Of a DNA stretch of 64,000 nucleotides, positions 1-10,768 are shown in pieces. The notes under the pieces were generated by a model that had not been told where the DNA came from, ran no database searches, and saw only the letters and a list, made by a program, of their open reading frames with translations. Positions within the stretch are counted from its first letter, which is position 1. Each line of letters opens with the position of its first letter. The stretch is from Candidatus Poribacteria bacterium. Lineage in GTDB: Bacteria; Poribacteria; WGA-4E; WGA-3G. The stretch spans positions 672,001 through 736,000 of the forward strand of contig CAXXUA010000004.1 of the NCBI GenBank assembly GCA_963663765.2, in the 5' to 3' direction. A program made the position numbers and the translations under genes.

Positions 1-642
1 ATACCAACAGGCAGCACTGAACAACATAACGAACACTTGGCAATGTATCACGATACGCAGAGTGCGGTGTATGTATCCAAACTGGCAGCAGCAAAGTTGT
101 TTCCACAGGTGATTGTTACTACGCCACTGGCAATCGGTGTATCGGAACACTGGATGGATCACAAAGGCACACTAACCTTACGTCCTGAGGTGTTTTGTGA
201 GGTGCTCTACGATGTTGCAGATAGTGTGCGTAGACACGGTATAAGCAATATTCTGATTTGCAATGGTCACGCTGGTAATTCCGCGCCTGTCCATAATGTG
301 TTAGATGAATACCAAGAAAGACTTGGTATCAACATTGCGTTTCATTCTTATTGGGAAGCGTATAGCAGTGAGTTGGTTGAGGAACAGATGGAATCTGGAG
401 AATGTCCCGGACATGCAGCAGAATTTGAAACAGCGTTTGCACTTGCTGCATTTGCTGAAAACGTTGATTGGAACGGTGTTGACTACGTTAGTGCAAGGCT
501 TACTATATCTAATGAAAATCAAGCAAAATCTGACCGTAAATATCATAACCATGCTAAACTTGCATCAGCAGAAAAAGGTCAGGTCATGATAGATGTCGCT
601 GTGAATTGGGTAGCGGAAAAGATGCAAGAGATGATGTCGTAA
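1..642 (+). CDS. Creatininase / creatinine amidohydrolase family protein (5' end outside window)
   Basis: Frame is open from base 1 (IPTGSTEQHNEHL). Motifs G.SEHW, NGHAGN and GHAAEFET. Confidence 0.85.
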   Translation: MPTGSTEQHNEHLAMYHDTQSAVYVSKLAAAKLFPQVIVTTPLAIGVSEHWMDHKGTLTLRPEVFCEVLYDVADSVRRHGISNILICNGHAGNSAPVHNVLDEYQERLGINIAFHSYWEAYSSELVEEQMESGECPGHAAEFETAFALAAFAENVDWNGVDYVSARLTISNENQAKSDRKYHNHAKLASAEKGQVMIDVAVNWVAEKMQEMMS

Positions 643-859
643 TTTATTCTTGCTGTAGGTGAGGATTGTTAGTCTTGTCTATATCAGAACGACTAAATGC
701 GGGGTTATTAATGGTGAAATTTGACATACTCCCCAATCTGAATGGTTTACTCGGTAATAAATATTGGTATTTTGGACACCCTAAATTCACCCTTGTTTAT
801 CCCCCAGCAAGCGAGGTGAAGGGACTTTTGGGTTTATTCTGTTCGTTCTATATAATACT

Positions 860-1353
860 ATACGGCACATTGGCACAGATAGAAGCAAGCCCTTGTAGGC
901 TATTATCTTGTTCTTTTCCCGGACACATCACCCTGGCTGCCGGAAATAGGCGCGTGCCTTCTGGTGTTTCACAGAGCCATCCGATCGCAACAAACTGGTG
1001 GCCGTAATGGAACTTGGATTGATTTTTGTTACGTTTGTTATACAGAGTGTTTCTGAAAAAATGTGTGCCATATTGATGACGACCCTCGTTAGTAGACTTG
1101 GTTTCATCATAAACATAAACACCCTTGCTGTAAACTTTTTGAACTTGTTGTGTCAGAACGGATGTGAGTTCATCAATACACCATTGGCTACGGGATAGAA
1201 ACTTCGGTAAAGTCCAATAGGTTGTTGTAGTTTTTTTGATTGATACATCTGTGTCATCGTTCCACGATTGGATGTAGAGATCAAACCTTGGACGAATGTT
1301 TGAAAATTGCTAAAGTTATTATAATTGAAGATCCACTGATATTCTGATAACAT
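860..1353 (-). pseudogene. Degraded DDE transposase fragment, IS701/IS4-like
   Basis: Two joined frames read FQTFVQGLIST.../KFLSRSQW...GVYVYDETKS...HYGHQFVAIGWL. Frameshift near an A-run at ~1230; 3' truncated. Confidence 0.55.
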
Positions 1354-1516
1354 TGTATATAAGTGTGAAAGAGGTTTGATTGTAATATCCTTTCAAAGAA
1401 ATTTATATTTTAAAAAGGATAACCTCTCTTCTACGTTTTGTCACTAAAAATCTTAAAACTGTCCAAACTATAGAAAACTTTAATGCAACACAATTTTTAG
1501 ATATGGACAGCACTTT

Positions 1517-1747
1517 ATGAAAATAAACAAAGATCTAAATTGGAAAAAGTTCTTTTTTAGGCTTACGATAGTCCTCTCAAGCATAGCCTTTATTATCGGT
1601 GGTAACATAGATACTTATGGCGATCTGTTTGTTTTACTCCACGGGATAGTCGTTGCCAGTTCTGTCTGGGCATTATACTTTGCAATCTGGGCATTATATT
1701 TTGCAATCCGTTGGATCTATAAAGGGTTACAGCATCAAGACAAATAG
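1517..1747 (+). CDS. Small two-TM membrane protein
   Basis: Two hydrophobic segments. Internal 21-bp tandem duplication (WALYFAI twice). Confidence 0.55.
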   Translation: MKINKDLNWKKFFFRLTIVLSSIAFIIGGNIDTYGDLFVLLHGIVVASSVWALYFAIWALYFAIRWIYKGLQHQDK

Positions 1748-1781
1748 TGAATGGACACAACACTATTACCGGACGAATAAA

Positions 1782-2036
1782 TTGTTAGCATTTAATGATC
1801 TTCAAGTCGGAATGAGATTCCGCTCAACGCAACCAGTATTCAGAGGGGATAATATAGAATTCCCCACAGGCTCAGAATTTGAAATCGTCCAATTAAAACA
1901 GAACTGGATAAAACTCAAATGTGACGAAGAACGACATCATACCTTTGTGCGCCCAGTCCTCCGCCCCGAAAACGAACCAGAAGACTATTTCCAGCACGTC
2001 ACCCTCAACTATAGAATAAAACATAAAATTATTTAG
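1782..2036 (+). CDS. Hypothetical protein (start uncertain)
   Basis: 3' part of ORF 1653..2036 reads like a real beta-rich protein. Confidence 0.35.
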   Translation: MLAFNDLQVGMRFRSTQPVFRGDNIEFPTGSEFEIVQLKQNWIKLKCDEERHHTFVRPVLRPENEPEDYFQHVTLNYRIKHKII

Positions 2037-2190
2037 ACATTTTGTAGCACAAGCTTTTAGTTTGTGCAGATATGTTCAGTTTCCTAACCAAACATATTGT
2101 CTTATTAATTCTAAAGTCTACTATAATCAGTAAACAATAGTGGTCAATATTATATTTGATGAACTCATAGGATTATGGTAAAATTGTATT

Positions 2191-2532
2191 ATGCAAATTA
2201 AACGTAGAAGTTTGCGTAATTATACTACGGCAGAAGGGCGGGAGCCTTTCCGAGATTGGATCACGCAGCTGCGTGATAAAAAGGCACGAGCTATCATTGC
2301 ACAACGAATCGAACGTTTACGATTAGGAAATCCTGGTGATTTCAAAAGAATAGATAAGGACTTATTTGAGTTACGAATTCACTCTGGACCTGGATATCGG
2401 GTATATTACACCATTTTTCGAGACACAGTCGTAATTTTACTTTGTGGCGGTTCCAAAAGAACACAACAACAAGATATTGCAAGAGCACAAAACTATTGTG
2501 ATGATTTTTTACAACGAACAATTGGAGAATAA
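2191..2532 (+). CDS. Type II TA toxin, RelE/ParE superfamily (addiction module killer type)
   Basis: GREPFRDW...LGNPGDFK...FELRIHSGPGYRVYY...LLCGGSKRTQQQDI. Confidence 0.9.
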   Translation: MQIKRRSLRNYTTAEGREPFRDWITQLRDKKARAIIAQRIERLRLGNPGDFKRIDKDLFELRIHSGPGYRVYYTIFRDTVVILLCGGSKRTQQQDIARAQNYCDDFLQRTIGE

Positions 2533-2534
2533 AA

Positions 2535-2843
2535 ATGGATATTGAAAAACAACTCACAGGATGTACAACAAGTTTTGACGATACCTTGCATGAATTGCTC
2601 TCGGATCCGGAAACTACTAAATATTATTTGGAAACCTCGTTGGAATCCTACGAAAAGGATAATAACATTGAAATACTTATGCAATCTGTGCGAAATGTTA
2701 TTGAAGCACAAGGCGGATTCGTGAAACTTGCTGAACGCACGAATAGAGATCTGAAACACCTCTATGCCGTATTTAACGGAAAACAGCCGCCGCAATTGAA
2801 TAACCTTCAGGATATTCTGATAGATTTAGGTATCCAGCCCTGA
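2535..2843 (+). CDS. Addiction module antidote protein (HTH antitoxin)
   Basis: Starts 2 bp after the toxin. AQGGFVKLAERT...LY...P pattern. Confidence 0.85.
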   Translation: MDIEKQLTGCTTSFDDTLHELLSDPETTKYYLETSLESYEKDNNIEILMQSVRNVIEAQGGFVKLAERTNRDLKHLYAVFNGKQPPQLNNLQDILIDLGIQP

Positions 2844-2902
2844 ATCAACTCAAATTGTTTCGTTTTTGGTGAACACCAAATATGTGACACAATATATCTC
2901 CT

Positions 2903-3160
2903 TTATGCAATTGGTGGTTTGTTATGCATCCTGAAAAACGCATTCAATGCTTCCGCCAAGATGTCTTGAGTCGTCATATTATTCTCAACACCGAGATGTT
3001 TTAACTGGCGATACACATCGTCGTTAAAATACCCACCTATATGTCTTTTCTTGGTTTTTTCCTTGACTACAGGCATAGATGCAACGGCTTCAGGTTCAGT
3101 TTGCAACTCATTTTCATTAACATTAAAAACTTCCGCAAGATTTACCTTTTGTTTGGACAT
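2903..3160 (-). CDS. Small ribbon-helix-helix partner of ParA
   Basis: 1 bp downstream of parA. C-terminus HIGGYF...YRQLK...QDILAEALNAFF. Confidence 0.7.
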   Translation of the reverse strand: MSKQKVNLAEVFNVNENELQTEPEAVASMPVVKEKTKKRHIGGYFNDDVYRQLKHLGVENNMTTQDILAEALNAFFRMHNKPPIA

Positions 3161-3161
3161 G

Positions 3162-3782
3162 TTATACCCTCATTTCTTTTGATATGTATTTATACAACGC
3201 TTGTATTTCTTGACTGGCTTTTCCACGCGGTTCAAACTCTTGCACAGTCAATCCAGCATTATACGAATCAAGAAACGCTCCACGATCCCCTATATTACAT
3301 GGAGCACAAGGTATATCAAATACTTTGACTGCCTCGCGTGCTTGATCCACCCGATTGCCTCTTGATGGAACAGCATTGAAAACAATCCGTGCTGGCACAT
3401 TCGCGATACGAATGACGTTGACCGTTGACGGAATTGCTTCAAGTTCAACAAGCGCAGGTTTACAAGGAATCAACACGATTTCTGCAGCGGTTGCCGCATC
3501 TAGTGCTGCTGTTTCTGTGTGTGGTGCTGTATCAATGATAGCAAGGGTAGCGCCGCTTTCTTTCGCTCTGTTTATGGTTTCCGCCAACCTTGAGACTGGA
3601 TTCGTCACCACAAAAGGCGTTTCGTCTTCACGATGATCTTTCCACTTCGCAGCAGATGCTTGTGGATCCAGATCAATCAAGATGACTGTATGCCCAGACC
3701 TTTCTGCCTCAACAGCAAGATGCACAGCAAGTGTTGTTTTCCCTGTGCCTCCTTTTCGGGAAAGAATGGCTAAAGTTTTCAT
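3162..3782 (-). CDS. parA: ParA family ATPase (short plasmid type)
   Basis: KGGTGKTT, DLDPQAS, IIDTAP. Probable start at ATG 3782 (MKTLAI) after a GGGGA RBS. Confidence 0.9.
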   Translation of the reverse strand: MKTLAILSRKGGTGKTTLAVHLAVEAERSGHTVILIDLDPQASAAKWKDHREDETPFVVTNPVSRLAETINRAKESGATLAIIDTAPHTETAALDAATAAEIVLIPCKPALVELEAIPSTVNVIRIANVPARIVFNAVPSRGNRVDQAREAVKVFDIPCAPCNIGDRGAFLDSYNAGLTVQEFEPRGKASQEIQALYKYISKEMRV

Positions 3783-4131
3783 AATATCCCCATTCATCAA
3801 TCCTGCAAGGTTGCAGTTTTTCAGAATTGATGACTTGATAGATTGCAGGATTAATGTCGTGTTTGTTAGGTAGAGACGACATAAAATCAGACATGAAGAA
3901 TTACACGTAAAGTTAATAAATTGAGAAGGTATTCTGAGCAATAAAAAAGCAGAACCTACATCCACCGGGGAGTGTTCAGTAATTTTGTGTAATCGTAATT
4001 ATAAAACGCTATTTGGTCATGGGTTTTTTGACATACTGACGCTTTGATGGTATAATACCTGAAGTGTAGCAAAGTAGAAATTAGTAGACATCTACTTGTC
4101 AAGCGATTGCCTTTAGACAAAAGGGGACTTA

Positions 4132-4579
4132 ATGCGTGTCCATAGAGAGATTTCTGTCTACTCAAAAGAACGCGAAATACCGGATTATAACCTTATCGGT
4201 GTCATCAAAATCCTAAATAAAAATGACCTTGTTGATATAGAGATAAGCGAGGATGAACAAGTTATTACTGGAACAGAAGATGATATTGTGATGTTGGGGC
4301 TCGTGGCAAGTAAGTTTACACTTGAGGGATACCAGAAAACTTTTTCTTTGACATTTATGCACATTGACGAAGCAACAAATATGATGGGAGTGTCTAAAGA
4401 GCAAGTATATGGAATCAATGGAAGAACTCGCTGCCGTAGGTTTACAAGACCATTACATTGACGAATCAGGGAACATGACAATCATACAGTTTCATTCAGG
4501 AAAACCTATAAAGAATCAGAGTCAACCTCGCCCTAAACGGGATAAAGTGAGAAGACGTAGACGACGCAAGAAGAGATAA
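4132..4579 (+). pseudogene. Frameshifted putative HTH protein with Arg-rich tail
   Basis: Frame 1 ...IDEATNMMGVSKEQV continues after a shift at ~4408 as MESMEELAAVGL...RRRRRRKKR*. Confidence 0.45.
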
Positions 4580-4703
4580 TAGCACACCTTTTCTCTTTGA
4601 TTTCTTTTAGATCGTGCTAAAATAGCTTTTGATAAATGGACTTATCAAAAGCTATAGGCGATGTTCTGGATACGCACTTTGTTATCTGTTAATTCACTTA
4701 GGG

Positions 4704-4890
4704 TTACTTCAATATCAACATTTTACGAGTAGCAGTGAAATTGCCGGCACTGAAGACATAGAAATACACACTACTTGCTACAGTTTCACCGATAACATTT
4801 ATTCCATCTCAATACGTAGCACGACTACGGTGATAATAAAAACCTACTGCCTGATGTCCTAATGCTAACTTCCGGATCAATTGCCCATTT
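4704..4890 (-). pseudogene. Remnant of FlgD-Ig/T9SS-like C-terminal domain
   Basis: GQLIRKLALGHQ...SRATY*DG...VYFYVFSAGNFTATRKMLILK*, a paralogue of the C-terminus of 7190..9307. Confidence 0.8.
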
Positions 4891-5158
4891 TTTATACCGT
4901 TTTTAATTGAACATTTACCAATAGGGAAAAAGGGTTCAATACTGGAAGAGGGAATTCCGATATTTGGCTTATTACGATATCTGATCAAGTCAACAGCAAA
5001 TGCGCCTACAGCATTTGGCGAATCACAGGATTTTTAGGATTAGTGATCTCGTTGATTTCAATTTGTTTTTTGTGAAATATTGATGAAATAGGTGGGTTAT
5101 TGACCATCTCATAAAATTCGTAAGTTGTTGCTGAAATAAAGTTTGTTATTTTGAACTA

Positions 5159-5791
5159 TCAGAGTCTCGCGTTTTTATTTCCCCACTTAGGATTAACTGA
5201 AGGAGCACAGAGGTGTTCACGGTTGTGTTCTAAAGCTGCAGCTTCCTTGTAGTGTCCCCCATTTTTCAATTCGGATATTTTCCGATTATAGTATTTAATT
5301 GCGCGCAAGTATACTTGTTCTGCTGTCAGACCGTCTGCAAACGCTCTATCTATTTCAGAGTCACAGTCGAAAAAAGCATCAGAAACATGCATGTAAACAA
5401 TGTGTTCAACGTCATAACCAAAAAAAGCGAGACATCCGTGCTTCACAAAATCTGGTCCAAGTTCAGTAGCAGTTTGACAAGCAAAAAAGTGAACTATTTT
5501 ATTGTTTAGTTCTTTGGGGTGATACTCACCTATATCAAAAATAGGATCAGAATCTTCTCCCATATACACTGTGTCAGTCCCGTGTCCTACACCTGTTATG
5601 TAGGCAATATCTTCTTGGGATAATTTAGATTTAACATAAAAACGACGCGCTGATTGATCCTGACAACGTACAATTTCAAACCCTTTTGATTCCAAGTATG
5701 GATAAACATGTCGATTCCGATACTCACAAGAACCTTGTGTAATTTTATCATAATTGGAATCAATAGCAAGAATTTTCAAATCAAGTCTCAA
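5159..5791 (-). CDS. Putative clan CD (caspase/CHAT/gingipain-fold) cysteine protease
   Basis: YITGVGHG (His-Gly) and IVHFFACQTA (Ala-Cys), followed by LGPDFVKHGCLAFFGY. Confidence 0.6.
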   Translation of the reverse strand: MRLDLKILAIDSNYDKITQGSCEYRNRHVYPYLESKGFEIVRCQDQSARRFYVKSKLSQEDIAYITGVGHGTDTVYMGEDSDPIFDIGEYHPKELNNKIVHFFACQTATELGPDFVKHGCLAFFGYDVEHIVYMHVSDAFFDCDSEIDRAFADGLTAEQVYLRAIKYYNRKISELKNGGHYKEAAALEHNREHLCAPSVNPKWGNKNARL

Positions 5792-5836
5792 TTCAACACG
5801 TCGCTTTATGTCCGGGCTGTGCTTGTATTTTGTATA

Positions 5837-6175
5837 TCAAAGTTTTCCTTCACGGGCACTTTCAAGCAACATTCTAATCATTCGCTGCTCAATATCAATT
5901 AAGGTGCAACCCAAAGACGTTCGACGTTTCACTTCTTTGATGGCCCGTTTTTTGTCAATAATTTCTTTACCTATCGCGCTTATCTCAAATTGTGGACGTA
6001 ACCGAATGCGTTCTGCAACCAATTCTGACTTTATCTCAAGGGACAAATCGGTAAATGGCACTTGTTCGGGTTCTTTTTCTACCACTTCCCGTAAAGATAG
6101 CCATTGCCCGACAAGATCCATAGCCACCGGAGAACTCCAATGGTCTTCATAAGGCATTGGTACGTAATTCGTCAT
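5837..6175 (-). CDS. Hypothetical protein, upstream partner of the protease-like gene
   Basis: 112-aa ORF with AGGAG RBS, 45 bp upstream of and co-directional with 5159..5791. Confidence 0.7.
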   Translation of the reverse strand: MTNYVPMPYEDHWSSPVAMDLVGQWLSLREVVEKEPEQVPFTDLSLEIKSELVAERIRLRPQFEISAIGKEIIDKKRAIKEVKRRTSLGCTLIDIEQRMIRMLLESAREGKL

Positions 6176-6375
6176 GGGTATCTCCTTTTATACTATAGTA
6201 TAAATAATTATATTATAATTATAGTAAATATAGAAATGTATGTCAAGTATATTAATATCGGATGTGTAAAGTTATTGCCAGACGGTATGTTGTATAAATC
6301 TCGGATTATCTGAATTTTCATATTCCAAGCCCTTAATATTTTTTCAAATATGACATAATTATTAACGGATTGGTT

Positions 6376-6779
6376 TCAAGAAAGAAGGGCAATCAAGCGT
6401 GAAAGACAGCTTGCGTGTAGGTTTACCGGATTATTCGGTATAATTATCAAAGCGTTTGGTGACCCTACCTGCTTACTTAGTTGTTCATCTATTAAAGTAT
6501 AACAATCAACGCATAAAGCATCGTTGTCAAACAGCATATTACATAGGGCGAATTCATCGTTGATAGGATCGCCCCTTGTTCTCATTGCTATACGAGCATC
6601 AAGCTTCCTAAACAAATCAAGGATACAAAGTGAATGCATTGTGTGAGATCTAGGGTTATTCCTATCAACAGCGTTATGATAAATATCTGGTTGTAAGCTT
6701 GAGAGGATGCTTGGTGGCATTCTTCACACACAATAGGTTTTAACTTTTTCAATAAAGCTTTGGTTCGTCTTTTATTCAT
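6376..6779 (-). pseudogene. Frameshifted hypothetical protein with two CxxC motifs
   Basis: MNKRR...VCEECHQ (RBS AAGGA) joins the overlapping frame ILSSLQPDIY...LCVDCY. Confidence 0.45.
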
Positions 6780-7189
6780 TGTTTATTTCCTTTGTTGCTT
6801 TTTACGTATATAACGAACAATTAGATAGATAATGGGATAGAATATAGCAGTTGCTATAAGATAGTAAGGACTGTATTCAGGTTGAAATATTATACCTAAA
6901 GACCAGACAAGTGCAGCAACAGAATTGATTTTTCATCGTTTTGCAACTATGAAGACGATAATAGAAGGTAAGAACAACATGATATATCTCCTATATTTAT
7001 TAGACAATATAACGAATTAAGTGTTAATTTTAGTTAGTCTCTGTTAAACTTGTATTAATATCCATTTGGAGGCTAACTCATGACAGTTATCAGAAGGTAA
7101 AAGTTCTTAGAGAATCAACACGATCTTTTAGATATTTTTGTATTGATAAAGTGCGGGTTTTTTCGTCTCCCCGCAGGACGCACCACAAT

Positions 7190-9307
7190 TTACTTCAAAA
7201 TCAACATCCGTCGCGTCGCAGTAAAATCGCCTGCGGTGAGCGTATAGAAATACACACCGCTTGCGACAGGTTCACCGACAGCGTTTCTGCCGTCCCAATA
7301 CGCAGCACGACTTTTGCTTTGATAGATACCTGTTGGCTGCTGTCCTAATGTCAATGTCCGAACAACCGCCCCATTTGCTGAATAGATCGTCAAAGTTACA
7401 TCTGCTGACTTTGCGAGCTGGTAAGGTATCCACGTCTCTGGATTGAAAGGATTCGGGTAGTTTGGCAAGAGTGTTGTTTCTTTTGGTGTCAACACTACCA
7501 AGAGTTGTTCAAGGAAACGAATACCTTGTAGTGAGATTGGATCTGTTAGATTCAGCTGCTGTGTTTGTGTAAGCCACTTCTGGACATCTCTTGCATTTAA
7601 CAGAGTCGTAGCCTGGGAATGAAGAGTTGGCGCATTTTCACCTGCTCCCAATGCGGCTGCAACTTTTACAAGGTCAACGATATTGACAACACCATCACCG
7701 TTGATGTCTTCTTTATCTATATCCGATGTGTGATTAAATCGAGATGCCACTTGAACCAAATCAATGATATTTACGATCCCATCGCTGTTTACATCTTCCG
7801 GTCTTAGTTGAGGGTCTATAACGATTCCTGTATTGAACAACAGGTGTTTCAATATTTCGCCCTCGCTGTCTGTAAGGATAACATCGGATAGTATCAGGTT
7901 TGTTGCTTTAATGTCAAGCACTTCAAATGTAATAGACGCGAGATTACCATCACCGTTAACTGTTCCAGCAACAGAAGTCGCAGCAAGCGTGATTTTATTT
8001 GTATCTTCTATCGGCGGTATAGGAAAAGCACCGGTGGGCAGGTAATCTTCATTTGCACTCCCAACATAGCGAAGGACTTTTGAATCGTATATGACACTAA
8101 ACTGGTAACCGCCAACGTTTTGTCCATTCTCAATACTCACGTTAATGGTGAAGTGTTGTCCATTCGCGGGTGATATGACTCGGTAGGGGGTGATACTCAC
8201 TCTATTAGTGGTTTGAAGATTCCAGAGATTGATATACTGATCGTTATGCGTTGCAAGGGTGTTTCCATCGGGACTGAACAATACGGTGTTATAATCGCTG
8301 TCCCCGTAATAGTTGTAACTATCCGGATTTTGATATACATCAAACGCAGCTTTCGGTCTGGCAGTCTCAACATCCCATAGGTAGACGGTGGTGTTTTCTA
8401 TAGTTGCGAGTATTGAACTATCAGAACTGAATGAACCCGATTGCCCTTGTATACTGGCTTTGTATGTGCTTGTGTCCACATCTAACAAGCTAGCTTTGTC
8501 GTCCTGCATGTTTATCAAGAGTGTTTTGCCATCAGGACTAAACATTACCCGATTGATTATGTCTGTACGTCCTTCAATGGTATTTTTGAGATCACCTGTA
8601 GCAACATCCCACAAACGAACTGTACCGTCCGAACTTCCGCTTGCCAACGTTTTTCCATCGGGGCTGAATGATGTGCTATAGACTGCCCCTTTGTGCCCAA
8701 CAATAGTTCTTTTTATTTCACCAGTAGAGACATCCCATAAATCAACGGATCTCCGTTGATTAGCATTTGCCAATGTAGAACTATCTGGACTGAATGAAAG
8801 ACTTTGTGCCAAATTTATATGTCCTCCCGAAATAGTGGCTTTGTGTGTCCAAGTGTCTGTGTCCCACAGATCTACTACCACTTCATTTTGCCAACCGATA
8901 TTACTCATACTCGCCAACGTTTTTCCATCAGGACTGAACAGTAATCTCGCGACATTATCTCCATTTCCATTTAGAGTGCTTTTGCGTACCCGTGTTGCAA
9001 CATCCCACAATAATATTGATCCGTTCAGTTCTCCAGTTGTCAATGTTTTTCCATCTGGACTAAATGCGATACTATAAATTGAGCGAGTTCTGGAGCCATC
9101 AAGTGTAATTATGTGCTCACCTGTAGAAACATTCCATAGGTCCACAGAGTAATTTGTTACACTTGCAAGTGTTTTTCTGTCGGGACTGAACGCTATGCTT
9201 GTAATGTATCTTGAAGTGTTAATAATCGTACGGGGTTCATCTTGTGCAAAGGTGCTTAGCTGAACAAATAAGATTAGAAGTATGGATAAAGTAATACGCC
9301 TCTTCAA
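7190..9307 (-). CDS. Secreted WD40-repeat protein with cohesin, dockerin and FlgD-Ig/T9SS-like C-terminal domains
   Basis: Signal peptide; repeated FSPDGKTLAS...LWD units; cohesin-like NVGGYQF...GDGNLASITFEV; two D(V/I)NxDG.VNI.DLV motifs; PNYPNPFNPETW. Confidence 0.9.
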   Translation of the reverse strand: MKRRITLSILLILFVQLSTFAQDEPRTIINTSRYITSIAFSPDRKTLASVTNYSVDLWNVSTGEHIITLDGSRTRSIYSIAFSPDGKTLTTGELNGSILLWDVATRVRKSTLNGNGDNVARLLFSPDGKTLASMSNIGWQNEVVVDLWDTDTWTHKATISGGHINLAQSLSFSPDSSTLANANQRRSVDLWDVSTGEIKRTIVGHKGAVYSTSFSPDGKTLASGSSDGTVRLWDVATGDLKNTIEGRTDIINRVMFSPDGKTLLINMQDDKASLLDVDTSTYKASIQGQSGSFSSDSSILATIENTTVYLWDVETARPKAAFDVYQNPDSYNYYGDSDYNTVLFSPDGNTLATHNDQYINLWNLQTTNRVSITPYRVISPANGQHFTINVSIENGQNVGGYQFSVIYDSKVLRYVGSANEDYLPTGAFPIPPIEDTNKITLAATSVAGTVNGDGNLASITFEVLDIKATNLILSDVILTDSEGEILKHLLFNTGIVIDPQLRPEDVNSDGIVNIIDLVQVASRFNHTSDIDKEDINGDGVVNIVDLVKVAAALGAGENAPTLHSQATTLLNARDVQKWLTQTQQLNLTDPISLQGIRFLEQLLVVLTPKETTLLPNYPNPFNPETWIPYQLAKSADVTLTIYSANGAVVRTLTLGQQPTGIYQSKSRAAYWDGRNAVGEPVASGVYFYTLTAGDFTATRRMLILK

Positions 9308-9598
9308 AGTGAATTCTCCATTGTCATAAAAAACCAGACATCAATATCCGTATCTTATATATGAAATAGATTGGAAATAGAAATAAGATTGTTGTTTCGG
9401 ATGTTTATAGGTTTCCTGCCCAGCGTTAAAGTGAGTTATAAAAGATTATTTTAGCATGAGGATAAGATAAATTCAACCAGAAATCAATCTGATTTACCCC
9501 CAGTTTTTCAGGGTCTATATGTACTGCCACCGGAAATTCGGGCTACTCTCTAAGACAAGATTATGGTATAATATCCATCTACTTGAAAGGAGTATCCG

Positions 9599-9883
9599 AT
9601 GGCAAAACGAAAACGAAGAACCGTCACCCCCGAGTTTAAAGCCGAAGTTGTTCTTGAGGCTTTTAGCGGTGAAAGTTCCCAAGCAGAAATATGTCGGCGG
9701 CATAACCTCAGCGATGAACAGCTTTCAAAGTGGAAGCGACAGCTTCTTGAAAATGCGGCGACCCTCTTTGAACCCGCTGATAAAAAGACTGATGCCGCTG
9801 CGGAGCGCATTGCACACCTTGAGCAACTTGTTGGACGATTGACTGTAGTACTTGACATTCAAAAAAAGCCTCGACTTGGTTGA
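9599..9883 (+). CDS. IS3 transposase OrfA (HTH)
   Basis: TPEFKAEVVLEA...ICRRHNL...LSKWKRQ. Confidence 0.9.
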   Translation: MAKRKRRTVTPEFKAEVVLEAFSGESSQAEICRRHNLSDEQLSKWKRQLLENAATLFEPADKKTDAAAERIAHLEQLVGRLTVVLDIQKKPRLG

Positions 9884-10724
9884 GTTGACCCCAATGGAGC
9901 AGCGAAAAATGGTTACGGCATTACGGACAGACTTTTCAGTTCGGCAGATATGTGAGACACTCGGTTTCAACCGAAGCAACCTCTATTATCACCCCAAGCA
10001 GGCCCCGTGTGAAGCGGGCCTCCGGGATGAAATAGAGAAGTTATCTTTGCTATATCCAACTTATGGATATAGGCGTATCACACCATTGTTAGTGCGTAAC
10101 GGATACACCATCGGGTATAAACGTGTTGCCCGATTGATGAAATCCGCGAACCTCTCGGTTTCTGTCAAACGTGTCTGTCAAACCACGACATCCGTTGCGG
10201 GTGTGCGTCCCTGGAGCAATCGGCTTGAAAACCTTGATGTCTCCCGATGTGATCAGGTCTGGGTGGGCGATATTACCTACGTCCGCCTCAAAGGACACTT
10301 CATCTACGTTTGTCTGCTCATGGATGTCTTCACTCGCATGATCAGAGGGTGGCATATCAGTCAACACTTGACGCAATCTCTGACGCTGAAACCCTTAGAG
10401 ACAGCATTATGTCAAAGTGTTCCAGAGATCCATCATTCTGATCAAGGCGTTCAATATCTTTCAAATTCGTATATCTCACTGCTTAGGCATCATGGGATTG
10501 AGATTTCAGTTGCCCGGAGAGGGTGTCCTTGGGAGAACGGATATGCTGAAAGGCTTATCCGTTCTCCCAAGGAAGAAGAAGTTCATCTCAACGACTATGA
10601 GAACATTCACGAAGCGAGAACCCGCATTGAGCATTTTATTACACAGGTGTATAATCACAAACGCCCTCACTCTGCGTTAGGGTATTTGACACCTATGGAA
10701 TTTGAGCAAAAAAACTTGTCTTAA
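9852..10724 (+). CDS. IS3 transposase OrfB (rve integrase core)
   Basis: YGYRRI, WVGDITY, HHSDQGVQY, ENGYAER, YNHKRPHSALGY. Confidence 0.92.
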   Translation: MTFKKSLDLVELTPMEQRKMVTALRTDFSVRQICETLGFNRSNLYYHPKQAPCEAGLRDEIEKLSLLYPTYGYRRITPLLVRNGYTIGYKRVARLMKSANLSVSVKRVCQTTTSVAGVRPWSNRLENLDVSRCDQVWVGDITYVRLKGHFIYVCLLMDVFTRMIRGWHISQHLTQSLTLKPLETALCQSVPEIHHSDQGVQYLSNSYISLLRHHGIEISVARRGCPWENGYAERLIRSPKEEEVHLNDYENIHEARTRIEHFITQVYNHKRPHSALGYLTPMEFEQKNLS

Positions 10725-10768
10725 CTTTGCTAAATATTGGTCTGAATAAACGGTAGCACTTCAAACGA

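Larger units (their letters stand above)
9520..10763 (+). mobile_element. IS3 family insertion sequence
   Basis: Imperfect TG...CA inverted ends (TGTACTGCCACCG / CGGTAGCACTTCA). orfA/orfB overlap with an A7G slippery site at ~9861. No target duplication seen. Confidence 0.9.

Noticed and set aside
666-1007. 113-aa plus-strand ORF
   Set aside because: It is a shadow of the minus-strand transposase remnant and adjacent repeat-like DNA.
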